The position numbers and the translations under genes are program-made. Below the pieces are notes generated by a model that saw only the letters and a list, made by a program, of their open reading frames with translations, did no database searches and was not told the DNA's origin. From the sequence record SRR31156797_2530: a stretch of 64,000 nucleotides of DNA. One strand, 5' to 3'. This document shows, piece after piece, positions 30,601 through 41,203 of this stretch (its first letter is position 1; each line of letters begins with the position of its first letter).

Positions 30601-32247
30601 ATGGAAAAACCTGCAAGAAACTGGGCAAGTAAACGTGAAAAGAAAGCCCAAACCATGAAAAAAATCGAGCATCTTCTCGATGGGAAATATGTCCCAACGG
30701 AAGCAATCATTGAAGTCTTAGAACAGTTGATCCGTCCGGGAGACAAAGTGGTCCTTGAAGGCGACAATCAAAAACAAGCAAGCTTTCTATCAGAAAGCTT
30801 AGAACAAGTCGATGCTCAAAAAGTCAACAATTTGCATATGATCATGTCAAGCATCTCCCGGCCAGAACATTTGACGATATTTGAAAAAGGCATTGCAGCG
30901 AAAATCGATTTTTCTTATGCAGGCGCACAAAGTACGCGCGTTGCCCAAATGATTGAAGACAAAACCATGAAATTAGGGGACATTCATACGTATTTGGAAT
31001 TATATGGTCGCTTATTTATCGACTTGATTCCGAATGTGGTCCTTGTGGCGGCGGACAAAGCCGATCGCCAAGGAAATCTTTATACAGGTTACAATACGGA
31101 AGAAACGCCAACGATCGTCGAAGCAGCAGCCTTTAAAGATGGGATTGTGATCGTCCAAGTTAATGAAGTGGTCGATCGTTTGCCGCGGGTCGACATTCCC
31201 AGCGATTGGATCGATGTCGTCGTGGTAGCAGACCAACCGTATCAATTAGAAGCGCTCTTTACTAGAGATCCGCAAAACATTACGGAATTACAAATTTTGA
31301 TGGCGATGATGGCATTAAAAGGAATCTATGCAGAACATGAAGTACAATCGTTGAATCATGGGATCGGTTTTAATACCGCTGCGATCGAGTTACTTTTACC
31401 AACCTATGGAGAAACCCTTGGAATCAAAGGAAAAGTAGCGAAAAACTGGGTCTTGAATCCTCATCCAACGATGATTCCAGCTATCGAATCTGGTTGGGTC
31501 GAAAGCATCCACAGTTTTGGTGGGGAAGTTGGTATGGAAAAATACATTGCCGCTCGTCCAGATGTATTCTTTGTCGGAAAAGACGGCACGATGCGCAGCA
31601 ATCGAGCATTATCCCAAACTGCAGGTCAATATGCCATCGATATGTTTATCGGTTCGACCTTACAACTGGATTACCAAGGAAACTCTTCTACAGTGACGAA
31701 AGGCCGCTTATCTGGATTTGGTGGTGCACCAAATATGGGGCATAATCCGGGGGGCCGTCGGCATTCGACTCCAGCTTGGCAATCCTTGCGGGATGAAACA
31801 GATCCTTTAGCAAAAGGACAAAAATTAGTCGTTCAAATGGTTGAAACGTATGGTTCCAATAAAAAACCTGTTTTTGTAGAAACGTTAGATGCGTTGGCTG
31901 TCCAAAAGCAAGCTGGTTTAGCCAATGCCCCAATTATGATCTATAGCGAAGATACGACGCATATCGTGACAGAAGAAGGCATCGCTTATCTTTATAAAGC
32001 AAACTCAAAAGAGGAAAAACAAGCAGCAATCGCAGCCATCGGTGGTGTAACGCCACTAGGAATGACCAGCACAAAAGCTTCTCTGGATGCCTTGCGCAAA
32101 GCGGGAATCGTGAAATTACCAGAAGACTTAGGGATCAAACGCAGTGATGCCAAACGATCATTGCTAGCAGCTCAAACCGTTGATGATTTGATCGAATGGT
32201 CCGATGGGTTGTATGAACCGCCAATGAAATTCAGAACGTGGTCTTAA
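30601..32247 (+). CDS. mdcA: Malonate decarboxylase alpha subunit
   Basis: LEGDNQKQA, IHTYLELYGR, LNHGIGFNTAAIELLLPTYG, GFGGAPNMG. Confidence 0.97.
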   Translation: MEKPARNWASKREKKAQTMKKIEHLLDGKYVPTEAIIEVLEQLIRPGDKVVLEGDNQKQASFLSESLEQVDAQKVNNLHMIMSSISRPEHLTIFEKGIAAKIDFSYAGAQSTRVAQMIEDKTMKLGDIHTYLELYGRLFIDLIPNVVLVAADKADRQGNLYTGYNTEETPTIVEAAAFKDGIVIVQVNEVVDRLPRVDIPSDWIDVVVVADQPYQLEALFTRDPQNITELQILMAMMALKGIYAEHEVQSLNHGIGFNTAAIELLLPTYGETLGIKGKVAKNWVLNPHPTMIPAIESGWVESIHSFGGEVGMEKYIAARPDVFFVGKDGTMRSNRALSQTAGQYAIDMFIGSTLQLDYQGNSSTVTKGRLSGFGGAPNMGHNPGGRRHSTPAWQSLRDETDPLAKGQKLVVQMVETYGSNKKPVFVETLDALAVQKQAGLANAPIMIYSEDTTHIVTEEGIAYLYKANSKEEKQAAIAAIGGVTPLGMTSTKASLDALRKAGIVKLPEDLGIKRSDAKRSLLAAQTVDDLIEWSDGLYEPPMKFRTWS

Positions 32248-32272
32248 TAAGAGCAAGAGGAGAGAAGAAGAG

Positions 32273-32572
32273 ATGGAAAAATTAGCTTATACGTATCAAA
32301 CAACGAAACCAGTCACCAAAAAAGTCCATGTTGGCGTGGTTGGTTCTGGTGACTTGGAAATTCTGCTTTTTCCAACGGACAAACAAGAAACCACCGTTTC
32401 AGTTTGTACAGGAAGTGATGGCTTTGGCGATGTGTGGCAAAATGTCTTGACACGTTTTTTTGAGCGCTATCCAATCAGTGCGCAAATAGTGATCAACGAC
32501 TTTGGCGCCACTCCCGGTGTGGTTTACCTACGATTAACCCAAGCAATGGAGGAACTAGCAGATGAAGAATAG
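32273..32572 (+). CDS. mdcC: Malonate decarboxylase acyl carrier protein
   Basis: GVVGSGDLE prosthetic-group Ser, INDFGATPGVV. Confidence 0.95.
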   Translation: MEKLAYTYQTTKPVTKKVHVGVVGSGDLEILLFPTDKQETTVSVCTGSDGFGDVWQNVLTRFFERYPISAQIVINDFGATPGVVYLRLTQAMEELADEE

Positions 32573-34244
32573 TTTTGTAGAATTAAATGCCCGAGAACGG
32601 GTGCACGCATTATTGGATGCCAAGAGCGGTCGTGAATTGATCGATCCATTCGACCAAATGATCGCACCCAATCTGGTGGCTCAAGACATCGTGCCACAAA
32701 GCGATGATGGGATCGTTGTTTGCCGTGGAACGATTTCTGGAGAAAACGTGGTCGTGATCGCTATGGAAGGAAAATTCCAAGGTGGCGGGATCGGTGAAGT
32801 TTCTGGTGCTAAAATCATCGCGGCATTGACTCATGTGTTGGAAGAAAACCAAAAGGGCAATCCGATCACACCGATCATCATCCTCGATACTGGTGGCGTA
32901 CGCCTCCAAGAAGCGAATTACGGCTTATTGTCGATTGCAGAAATCGGCAATTTGATCGTTGCAATAAAATCGTATGTGCCAGTGATTGGATTAGTGCCAG
33001 GTCGGGTGGGTTCTTTTGGCGGTATGTCGATTACCTCAGCACTTATGAGTTACTTGATAGCGACGAAGAAAGCCCGTATCGGTTTGAACGGTCCTGAAGT
33101 CATCGAACAAGAAGCTGGCGTGAGAGAATTTGATTCCAGTGATAAAGATTTGATTTGGAACACCATTGGCGCCAAACAACGTTTGGCAGCACAAATGATC
33201 GATGAACTAGTGACTGACAGTGTCGAATCGATCCAAGAAGCCGTGATTGCTGCGATGGCTGAAAAGAAAGACAGTCATCGCAGCGAAAAAAGTGGTTTTT
33301 ATCTTTCTCTTTTACACGAACTTGATCTATCAAAGCCGCTGGCTATCGAGGCATACAATAAGGCTCTTGCAGCGCATAAAGCAACTGAAGTGGCACCTAT
33401 TACTGTAACAGAAGGCAAAGAAGCTGCTGCTGACAGTATCGGTTATCACTGGTTTTCAGCATTGACGAATCTGCAATTCCCAACCTCAACTAGAGCAACT
33501 GTCTATGCAGCTGCATCTGACCTTTTTACTGAAGAAGTCGTTGTTACAGCGATCGTGCCAAACCCAACTAATCCGATGTATCGGGTACGCAAGGGAGAAG
33601 TTGGTTTAGTCGAAGGGTATGAGATGGGCCACCTGTTAGAAACTGTTTATCAAGAAGACAAAGAGAAAGCAGTCAAACGACCAATCATTGCGGTCATCGA
33701 TGTCCCTAGCCAAGCGTATGGCTACAATGAAGAATTGATTGGTATTCATGCAGCTTTAGCAAACAGTGCGGCAGCTTATGCCAAACTACGCCAAGCGGGT
33801 CATCCAGTGATCGGTTTTATCGCTGGTAATGCGATCTCTGGGGCTTTCTTAGCGCATGGCTTGCAATCAAGTCGTCTGATCGCACTAAATAGTGAAAAAA
33901 TCACTGTTCAGGCAATGTCAAAAGAAAGTGCAAGTCGGGTCACCAAACGGTCGATTGCCGCGATTGAAGCCGCTGCGGAAAAAGTACCAAGTATTGCTTA
34001 TGATATCAAAAATTATACGAAACTTGGGGCAATCTTCACTTTCTTATCCTCCATTACGGATCAGTCTGTCACCTCTGAAAGCAAAGCGACTGTAATTGAA
34101 GCGATCAATGAGGCGATTGATGATGTGCGTAAAACGAATGACACGATGTTGACCAGTCGCTACACCAATCCGATCGCTAAAAAGAGCGGCCGGCTGGAAA
34201 CGAATAACGTATTTGAAAAAATGAATGCAGAATGGAATGAGTAA
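32562..34244 (+). CDS. mdcD: Fused malonate decarboxylase beta+gamma subunits (MdcD-MdcE)
   Basis: N-half ELNARER, QSDDG, TGGVRLQE, GLNGPEVIEQ; C-half GEVGL, IDVPSQAYG, SGAFLAHG. Confidence 0.92.
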   Translation: MKNSFVELNARERVHALLDAKSGRELIDPFDQMIAPNLVAQDIVPQSDDGIVVCRGTISGENVVVIAMEGKFQGGGIGEVSGAKIIAALTHVLEENQKGNPITPIIILDTGGVRLQEANYGLLSIAEIGNLIVAIKSYVPVIGLVPGRVGSFGGMSITSALMSYLIATKKARIGLNGPEVIEQEAGVREFDSSDKDLIWNTIGAKQRLAAQMIDELVTDSVESIQEAVIAAMAEKKDSHRSEKSGFYLSLLHELDLSKPLAIEAYNKALAAHKATEVAPITVTEGKEAAADSIGYHWFSALTNLQFPTSTRATVYAAASDLFTEEVVVTAIVPNPTNPMYRVRKGEVGLVEGYEMGHLLETVYQEDKEKAVKRPIIAVIDVPSQAYGYNEELIGIHAALANSAAAYAKLRQAGHPVIGFIAGNAISGAFLAHGLQSSRLIALNSEKITVQAMSKESASRVTKRSIAAIEAAAEKVPSIAYDIKNYTKLGAIFTFLSSITDQSVTSESKATVIEAINEAIDDVRKTNDTMLTSRYTNPIAKKSGRLETNNVFEKMNAEWNE

Positions 34245-34247
34245 CGA

Positions 34248-34841
34248 ATGAACCGTGCCCACGATATCGTTCAATTAGATAAAGAAGTTCTTGATATGAT
34301 TGATATTCCGAAATGGTTTTCTGAAAAAGAACAGCTTTTTGCGACCGTCCGTCGTGGGAAACCCAGCAACCCTAGCTATTTACCCGTGGGGTTGCGCGGG
34401 GAAAAGCGGCAAGAACGGTTTGCCTTTGAGGCACCCTGTAACATGATCAAACGAACGATCCATCCTTGGGAATTGACCAGTCGTGAGAGCTTCCGATTCA
34501 ATGAAGTAGCCAATTATCCAGTTTATCGCAACTATCAACAAGCACGGCTTTTATTGAAGTACTATTCTTGGGGAATTGGTGGCAGTTTGGGTTTTGAATT
34601 GGCTGCAAAACAGGCAGCAATCAAGCCGACAAGTGATTTAGATCTGTTGCTTTATGCCGACACGAAAGAAAAGCTGCCATTGGAACTATTGGAAAAGCAG
34701 GCAGCCTTTTTTCAACAGATCGATGTTCAAGTTATCACAAAACAAGGCGGGTTTGCCTTAAAGGAGTATTTGGAACATCCATCAAAAAAAATCTTAGTAA
34801 AAACAGACGAAGGGCCAAAACTCACCACTGAGATTTGGTAA
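34248..34841 (+). CDS. mdcG: Holo-ACP synthase of malonate decarboxylase
   Basis: HD, VRRG, VGLRG..RQER, WGIGGSLGFELA, SDLDLL. Confidence 0.9.
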   Translation: MNRAHDIVQLDKEVLDMIDIPKWFSEKEQLFATVRRGKPSNPSYLPVGLRGEKRQERFAFEAPCNMIKRTIHPWELTSRESFRFNEVANYPVYRNYQQARLLLKYYSWGIGGSLGFELAAKQAAIKPTSDLDLLLYADTKEKLPLELLEKQAAFFQQIDVQVITKQGGFALKEYLEHPSKKILVKTDEGPKLTTEIW

Positions 34842-34865
34842 TTATTAGAAAAGTGAGCGAAAAAC

Positions 34866-35951
34866 ATGTTTGAGAACAACGATTTAAAAATCAACATCAG
34901 TGATTTCCAAAAAGTATTTGCCGTGACAGCAGTAATGATGCAAACGATTTTGACTTTTGCCTTATCCAATACCCAAGATGAAAAGACTGCAGCATTCATC
35001 GGTACCTTTTATGTCTTGGTGAAATTTACCGCACCCCTGTTTATTTTTGCTATTGTTTATAACATGGTTAAGACAAGTCAACATCTGTCTTATCTAGAAT
35101 TTTTGAAAGAAAAGTTTTTTGAACTTGTCGTGCCATATGTGCTTTGGACGACGGCTTATTTATGGCTCTTTCCCGCTGTCCAACAAGGAAAACCTTATAC
35201 TGATACAGCAACGTTTTTACTGAAATATGTGACGGGGGATGCGGCGCCACACTTGTGGTATACGATCATGATGCTGCAGATCCAATTGTTGATGCCGTTT
35301 TTTGTCTGGTTAGGCTACAAAGTGTTGACGAAGAAAAAAGCTGTTTGGCCAGTATTGATGGTCGCAACTGCTTTGTATGTCGCTTGGTATGTGTTTTATG
35401 ATCGCCAAGTTTTTGAAGGACCGCATCATGAAAACTGGTATTTATTGGATCGGTTTGTCTTTAGCTTTGCGATCTATGGGATCTATGGCGAAGCCGCTTT
35501 GATTTATCACGAAACCGTCTATCGCTTCCTATACAAGATTCGCTATGCTTTCTTGCCAGTGGGTTTAGCATTGGGGCTATTATCTGCCAATCATCTGCTA
35601 CATTATGCAGGTGATCTAAGTTTCGCTCATGCACCGTATTTAAATACATTGCAAAGCTTATATAGCTTAGTATTGATTTTTGCAGTCTTTATGTTTGGGT
35701 CAACTATGATCAAAAACAATGCCCCTCAGTTAGGGACATTTAAGTGGCTGTCTACTTATGCGTATCGAACCTATCTTGCCAATGTTTTTGTCTTTCAAGT
35801 TTTGTTGCTATGCTTCAAAGATTTGTTGCTGCAACTGCCAATGGGCATCATGATCATCGTCGCTTATTTGGCAACTGCCAGCTGTGGTTTTTTAACAAGC
35901 TATGTTTTGCATGTTTTATGGGTAACGATCAAAGGTCAAATCAAAAAATAG
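34866..35951 (+). CDS. Acyltransferase family 3 (about 10 TM) membrane protein
   Basis: KFTAPLFIF, LVVPYVLWT, PHLWY, AYRTYL patterns typical of AT3; many hydrophobic segments. Confidence 0.75.
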   Translation: MFENNDLKINISDFQKVFAVTAVMMQTILTFALSNTQDEKTAAFIGTFYVLVKFTAPLFIFAIVYNMVKTSQHLSYLEFLKEKFFELVVPYVLWTTAYLWLFPAVQQGKPYTDTATFLLKYVTGDAAPHLWYTIMMLQIQLLMPFFVWLGYKVLTKKKAVWPVLMVATALYVAWYVFYDRQVFEGPHHENWYLLDRFVFSFAIYGIYGEAALIYHETVYRFLYKIRYAFLPVGLALGLLSANHLLHYAGDLSFAHAPYLNTLQSLYSLVLIFAVFMFGSTMIKNNAPQLGTFKWLSTYAYRTYLANVFVFQVLLLCFKDLLLQLPMGIMIIVAYLATASCGFLTSYVLHVLWVTIKGQIKK

Positions 35952-35963
35952 AGGAGGAGTTGG

Positions 35964-36821
35964 ATGTTTGCATTTGCTGTAGAAGAAAATTGTCGACGAC
36001 TCGCCCAATTGGTAGAAGAAGCCTTGATTGCAGAAGTGACATTGTCCCCAAAACCTGGGTTAGTGGATGCCATTGATTCAGGTGCCCATCACGATATGGA
36101 TCAAGCACTCTTTCTGCGATCAGCTCGAGCATTGACGCCATACTTTGAAGAAATGGCCTTGGTGTCTTGGGGAAGCAGCATGTCTCAAGAGTTGCGGGAA
36201 GCAATCGCTGCAATCGGTCGGAAGGCAGAACAGGCGATGTTGGCAGCCACTGGTGGCATCAACACTCATAAAGGAGCCATTTGGGCATTAGGCTTGCTCA
36301 TCAGCGCCGTCAGTAGCCAACTTAGTCGCAAACAGCGGATTTTTTTGCCAGAAGTCTTTTCTGACATCCAGCTTCTCACTGCATTTCCTGATCGTGCGCT
36401 GACTCAACAAACGGAAAGTCATGGCAAAACTGTTCAAGCCAAATATGGACATCTCGGTGCGTATGGGGAAGCTGCTGCTGGGTTCCCCCATGTTCAAATC
36501 GCTCTAGCGGATTATTTTTCTCGGGATTGTTCCAATGAGACTGAAAAAAGGCTCCACATGCTGTTGGCGATCATCGCTACACTGGACGATACGTGTATTT
36601 TATACCGCAGCAATCAAGAGGTACTGGCACTGGTTCAGCAACTCGCACAAAAAGCCAATCAGCAAGCGTTGCCGAACCCAGCATTTCATGCACTAGCAGC
36701 CTTCTGCCAGTCAGAAAATGTGTCTCCAGGCGGCAGTGCTGATCTGTTGGCTACCAGCTTCTTTTTATTGTCCATCAACTCGGTTTTACCCGTAAACGAA
36801 GGAAAGACCGTTTACCAATAA
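35964..36821 (+). CDS. mdcB: Triphosphoribosyl-dephospho-CoA synthase
   Basis: LSPKPGLVD, GAHHDMD, TGGINTHKGAIW, DDTCILYR, SPGGSADLLA. Confidence 0.93.
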   Translation: MFAFAVEENCRRLAQLVEEALIAEVTLSPKPGLVDAIDSGAHHDMDQALFLRSARALTPYFEEMALVSWGSSMSQELREAIAAIGRKAEQAMLAATGGINTHKGAIWALGLLISAVSSQLSRKQRIFLPEVFSDIQLLTAFPDRALTQQTESHGKTVQAKYGHLGAYGEAAAGFPHVQIALADYFSRDCSNETEKRLHMLLAIIATLDDTCILYRSNQEVLALVQQLAQKANQQALPNPAFHALAAFCQSENVSPGGSADLLATSFFLLSINSVLPVNEGKTVYQ

Positions 36822-36827
36822 CTCTTT

Positions 36828-36866
36828 TCCTTAGAAGAAAGCCAACGATTCTTCTAAGGATTTTTT
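36828..36866 (+). terminator. mdc operon terminator
   Basis: TCCTTAGAAGAA-loop-TTCTTCTAAGGA-TTTTTT. Confidence 0.75.
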
Positions 36867-36992
36867 GTTTCATTTTTTCGCTCGATTAAGAAAAATAAAA
36901 TCTCTTGCTATTTGCATAGTTTAATGATTAGATAATTCTTAGGCACTACTGAAATGCTTCGTTGCTCCATTGCAACGAATAAAGGAGTTACA

Positions 36993-38037
36993 GATGAAAT
37001 ACTATAATGCTTTTCTTCAAAATCTTGTGTTGCGGCGCTGGACGGTCCTGTTTATGCTTGCGGGCATTCTTTTTTTGTTTCGCAGTATGATGACCATTCT
37101 TTTGCTGACCTTTATCTTTACGTATCTGATTTATCGGCTGGTTCTTTTGCTCCATCGAAAAAGTCATCTGCCCATTAAGCTTACGAGCATCCTGACTTAC
37201 AGCTTGATTGTTTTTATTCTTTATTTAGTGGCAACAAATTATGTACCCATCATCATCAAACAATCCGTCCAATTAGTCAATTCCGTTGCTGATTTCTACC
37301 AACGGACAGACTCCAACAATGAATTGATCGAATATGTCTTGAATTTATTGCAAACCAGTGAATATATTCAGAAATTACAAAGCGGCGTTCTAGTCGTGAT
37401 CAATTATCTGTATAATTTCGGTGAGTTGGCATTGACGGTGCTGATCTCATTTCTGCTTAGTTTCTTCTTTATGATCGATAACAAAAAGACCGTTGCGTTT
37501 TCTCGGCTATTTTTGCAAGGGCGAGGGGCGTGGTTCTTTGAAGATGTTTACTATTTAGGAGCGAAGTTTACGCGTGCTTTCGGAAATGTGATTGAGACGC
37601 AGTTGGTGATCGCCTTAGTTAATACAGCAATCACTGTCTTCGCCTTAGCGGTGATGGGCTTTCCGCAGCTGTTGAGTTTGGCGTTGATGATTTTCTTTCT
37701 CAGCTTGATTCCTGTTGCTGGTGTGATCATCTCGTGTATTCCATTGACGTTTATTGCCTATTCCATCGGCGGATTTAATGACGTGATCTATATTCTTTTG
37801 ATCATAGTATTTGTTCATGCGTTGGAATCCTATATCTTAAATCCCCGCTTGATGGCCAATAAAACAGAGATTCCGATGTTTTACACGTTTATTCTCCTGT
37901 ATCTTAGCGAACATCTCTTTGGTTTGTGGGGCTTGATCATTGGGATCCCATTGTTTACTTTCTTTTTAGATTTAATGAATGTGAAAGAGATTCCGCGATT
38001 GCGTAAAAAAACCGATGACACCTTGCAGGACCAATAA
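36993..38037 (+). CDS. AI-2E family transporter
   Basis: Multi-TM; SLIPVAG, ESYILNPRLM, FGLWGLIIGIP. Confidence 0.9.
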
Positions 38038-38106
38038 AATGATTGCTGTAAAGGATGGCAATTGATAGAAAAACCATCTCTGCCGATGAAAGGCGAGATG
38101 GCTTTT

Positions 38107-38583
38107 TTATTTCGCAGCAATTTTTTTCGTAAAGGAGACAAAGCAGATTGCTGAAGAGGTGCTTTGAAACCTGCCTGTTTGGGAATACCCCAAAGAATGA
38201 TAAAAGTGAACCAGCTTGGGTTCTTGCAGGATCGTATTCAAATGTATCGTATCTGTTTGTACGTTCCTTTCAATCAAGGTCATTGCTTGTCTACCGATCC
38301 CGCGGTTCTCGTAGGAGGGAAGAAGGGCGATGGAAGATAGCTTCGGCGTATGCTCCTGCTCAACCGTCAGTTTTAGGAATCCCACGGTTTTCTGAGCGGT
38401 CATGATTAAATAATAAGTGGTATTCGACGCAGAAAACTTTGCGTTTAGCTTCTCAAAACTTTGTAAATAGGGAGAAGTTTCTCCATCTTGATAACGGAGA
38501 AAGAGAGATTTGAAGGCAGCTTTTTGTATCAAGTAGATAGAAAGTAAATCGGAAAGCTTCGCTTCTTTAAGCTGAATGAGCAT
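38107..38583 (-). CDS. GNAT family N-acetyltransferase
   Basis: LLPSYENRGIG, TILQE, FYHSLGY. Confidence 0.88.
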   Translation of the reverse strand: MLIQLKEAKLSDLLSIYLIQKAAFKSLFLRYQDGETSPYLQSFEKLNAKFSASNTTYYLIMTAQKTVGFLKLTVEQEHTPKLSSIALLPSYENRGIGRQAMTLIERNVQTDTIHLNTILQEPKLVHFYHSLGYSQTGRFQSTSSAICFVSFTKKIAAK

Positions 38584-38759
38584 GCACACCTCCATAAAAT
38601 GTCAGACATCATTTGTTGAAAGACATTGATTCGGTATAGAAGGTCCTGATGAAAAAGCCATCGAAGAGCAGTCTTTCATTGGCTCGTTTCCGTTTTGACC
38701 TTCCCTCAACCAGAGGTTCAAAAACGAAGAGATCCGCAGGGGTTCGTGCCGTCGTTGTT

Positions 38760-38984
38760 TTATTGAAAAAGATCATTTATCGATGTAACCAAGTCGTCAT
38801 AGGTTTGACCGGTAGCGATTGCATAAACGGAAAGCAAAAAGACGAGGGCTGCTGCCAGCACGTAAAAAATTCGGAGGCGATAACCGTCACCTGTCCGGCG
38901 ATTTTTTACAAAAGTAAAAATCGTCACAGCTAGATAAGCGAAGGTCAATAAACAAATAAGATACGTAATAATTTCTGGTGTCAT
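38760..38984 (-). CDS. Small two-TM membrane protein
   Basis: RBS GAAAGGA; two hydrophobic helices. Confidence 0.7.
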   Translation of the reverse strand: MTPEIITYLICLLTFAYLAVTIFTFVKNRRTGDGYRLRIFYVLAAALVFLLSVYAIATGQTYDDLVTSINDLFQ

Positions 38985-39143
38985 GGGCGTTTTCCTTTCT
39001 TTTTCTATTTGTATAAAAATATACTCAATAAATATAATATAACCATTTCGATACCGTCAAAGAAAGCGCTCAATTTTTGATACAAAAAACTGACCGAGTG
39101 GTAGCCACTGGTCAGTTCTATTCAAAAACGATGGGGCATGATC

Positions 39144-40109
39144 TTAATTGTCTTTTTTTTCCGCATCTAGCAAGCTTCTTAGTTCATCTGCTAAAGCGAT
39201 ACAGGCAATACTATCCGTTAAGGACATCAGGGAAATTTCGAGTTGTCCTTGTGCAAGAGCGGTGTGAACTGCTTGAATCTCTGAATGGAAATCATCGATC
39301 TCGTACCCAATATCATAGACCGTGTCTTCTTGGTCAATCGTCACGGTAAAAGAAGCGGGGCGATGGAAGTTGGGGATTGTGATTTTCCCTTTTGTTCCTT
39401 GTAATTCCGCCACCGTCTCTTTTGTTTGGTCAAATCCAGTCTCAATCACTGCAACAAAGTCTTCACTGACAAAGCGTGCTTCAACATAGGTATCAACCCC
39501 AGTTTCATAAAGGCTGTAATCGATCATTTCGGCAGTTAAATTTTCTGGTGAAAAATCTTGGATAAAGGCTAAGTTATAGATCCCCATATCCAGTAAAGCA
39601 CCCCCTTGTTTTGGCAGATAATGGTAAGAACTGCCTTCGACTGGTAAATGGCGGCGAAAAGTAGTCGTGACACTTGTTAGCTCACCGATATGACCACCAT
39701 CCACAAGTTCTTTTAGTTTGCGATACGCTGGGGTGAAGCGTGGCTTCATGGCTTCCATAAAGAAGACTTCGTGTGCTTGGGCTTGTTTTTGTACATCGCG
39801 CATTTCTTGTGCAGTCAAGGTTGCTGGTTTTTCACATAAAACAGCTTTTTTTGCTTGAAAGGCTTTGATGATCCATTCATAGTGATACAAATGCGGCAAA
39901 GCAATATAAACGATATCGATAGCTGGATCATCTAATAGGTTTTGGTAGTTATCAAAGACGGCATCACACGGAAATTTTGCTTGAAACGCTTGCGCTTTTT
40001 CCATCGTACGACAAGCAACCCCATAAAGCTGGGCATCTTGAAAATTTTCTAAACTTGCAGCAAAGCGATTGGCGATATTTCCGGCACCAATAATTCCCCA
40101 ATTGATCAT
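39144..40109 (-). CDS. Gfo/Idh/MocA oxidoreductase
   Basis: WGIIGAGNIA, VLCEKP, GGALLDMGIY. Confidence 0.93.
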   Translation of the reverse strand: MINWGIIGAGNIANRFAASLENFQDAQLYGVACRTMEKAQAFQAKFPCDAVFDNYQNLLDDPAIDIVYIALPHLYHYEWIIKAFQAKKAVLCEKPATLTAQEMRDVQKQAQAHEVFFMEAMKPRFTPAYRKLKELVDGGHIGELTSVTTTFRRHLPVEGSSYHYLPKQGGALLDMGIYNLAFIQDFSPENLTAEMIDYSLYETGVDTYVEARFVSEDFVAVIETGFDQTKETVAELQGTKGKITIPNFHRPASFTVTIDQEDTVYDIGYEIDDFHSEIQAVHTALAQGQLEISLMSLTDSIACIALADELRSLLDAEKKDN

Positions 40110-40999
40110 TTCATTTCCCTCTTTTCTTCAGTTGACGGGTATTCTGAGAGAATCCCTGATTCCAAAACAGATTGTTTTTTTCTTAACTCGACAATATTTT
40201 TTTGATATTCTTTGGCATACATCAATGCAAACAGTGAATCTAAAATATACTCAAAGGCGACCTGTGAAGAAAAGGTACCGACTTTGAGAAAATCACGTTC
40301 ATCATGAGAAGCGATGATCGCATGGGTCGCTAATGGGATGATTTTCGCATGGGCGTTGCCAGAGATTACGATCACTGGTACCCCAACATCACGAAAGTGT
40401 TGCATGATTTTTTCGTATTGTGTATTTTTCCCACGATAGGTAATAAACACGGCACAATCATTTTGCGTGACGTTCGATGCATTCCACGCATCATCCCCAT
40501 ATTCATCCGCAATGATCAGATACTTATTGATTTTGACCAACTTATTTTGAAAACTTCTTGCCCGGATCTGAGAATCACCGCGAGCAAATAAGAAAATCCG
40601 CTGCGCAGCTTCCAACGATTGCACCACTGCTTCCATCGTTTCTGGGGCAACCTGAGCATGAGTTTTGTGGATCGAGTTGATCGTTAGATCGGCCATTTTT
40701 TTCAAAATATCAGGTGTTTGATCCTTGGGCGAAAAGGGAAAATTCGCGTCAACAAAGGTTGGTTTGAACATCTGATTATGGGCAATTTCAGCCAGACCTA
40801 AGCGAAAACTTTTAAATCCTTCATAACCCATCTTTTTGGCTAGACGAATGACGGAAGAGTGGGATGTGTACGTATGCTTGGCGATGACTTCAATCGTCAA
40901 CGAAGGCACATCATTGATATTTTGCAAAATATAATCGGCAATCCGTTTCTCCGTATTGGTCAATCCTTCTTGAAGCCGTAATTTATCTCCTAATAACAT
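40106..40999 (-). CDS. MurR/RpiR family regulator
   Basis: LTNTEKRIADYI, TSHSSVIRLAKKMGYEGF, SIS domain. Confidence 0.93.
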   Translation of the reverse strand: MLLGDKLRLQEGLTNTEKRIADYILQNINDVPSLTIEVIAKHTYTSHSSVIRLAKKMGYEGFKSFRLGLAEIAHNQMFKPTFVDANFPFSPKDQTPDILKKMADLTINSIHKTHAQVAPETMEAVVQSLEAAQRIFLFARGDSQIRARSFQNKLVKINKYLIIADEYGDDAWNASNVTQNDCAVFITYRGKNTQYEKIMQHFRDVGVPVIVISGNAHAKIIPLATHAIIASHDERDFLKVGTFSSQVAFEYILDSLFALMYAKEYQKNIVELRKKQSVLESGILSEYPSTEEKREMK

Positions 41000-41203
41000 C
41001 AAACCACCTCTTTCTAATCATAGCCTAGGACAAAGAAAACCAAAAGCAAAAACTGTGCCTTTTTGGCAATTTGGTAAAAATGTTCAGAACCACTCAGCAG
41101 TTTGCGAAAAAGTCTGGTCAAAAGAACCTGTTTTTGGCAAAAGACTTCCCATTTCGAAGGATTTCATCAATAATCAAGCTATCAATTCATAGGAGGCGTT
41201 ACA

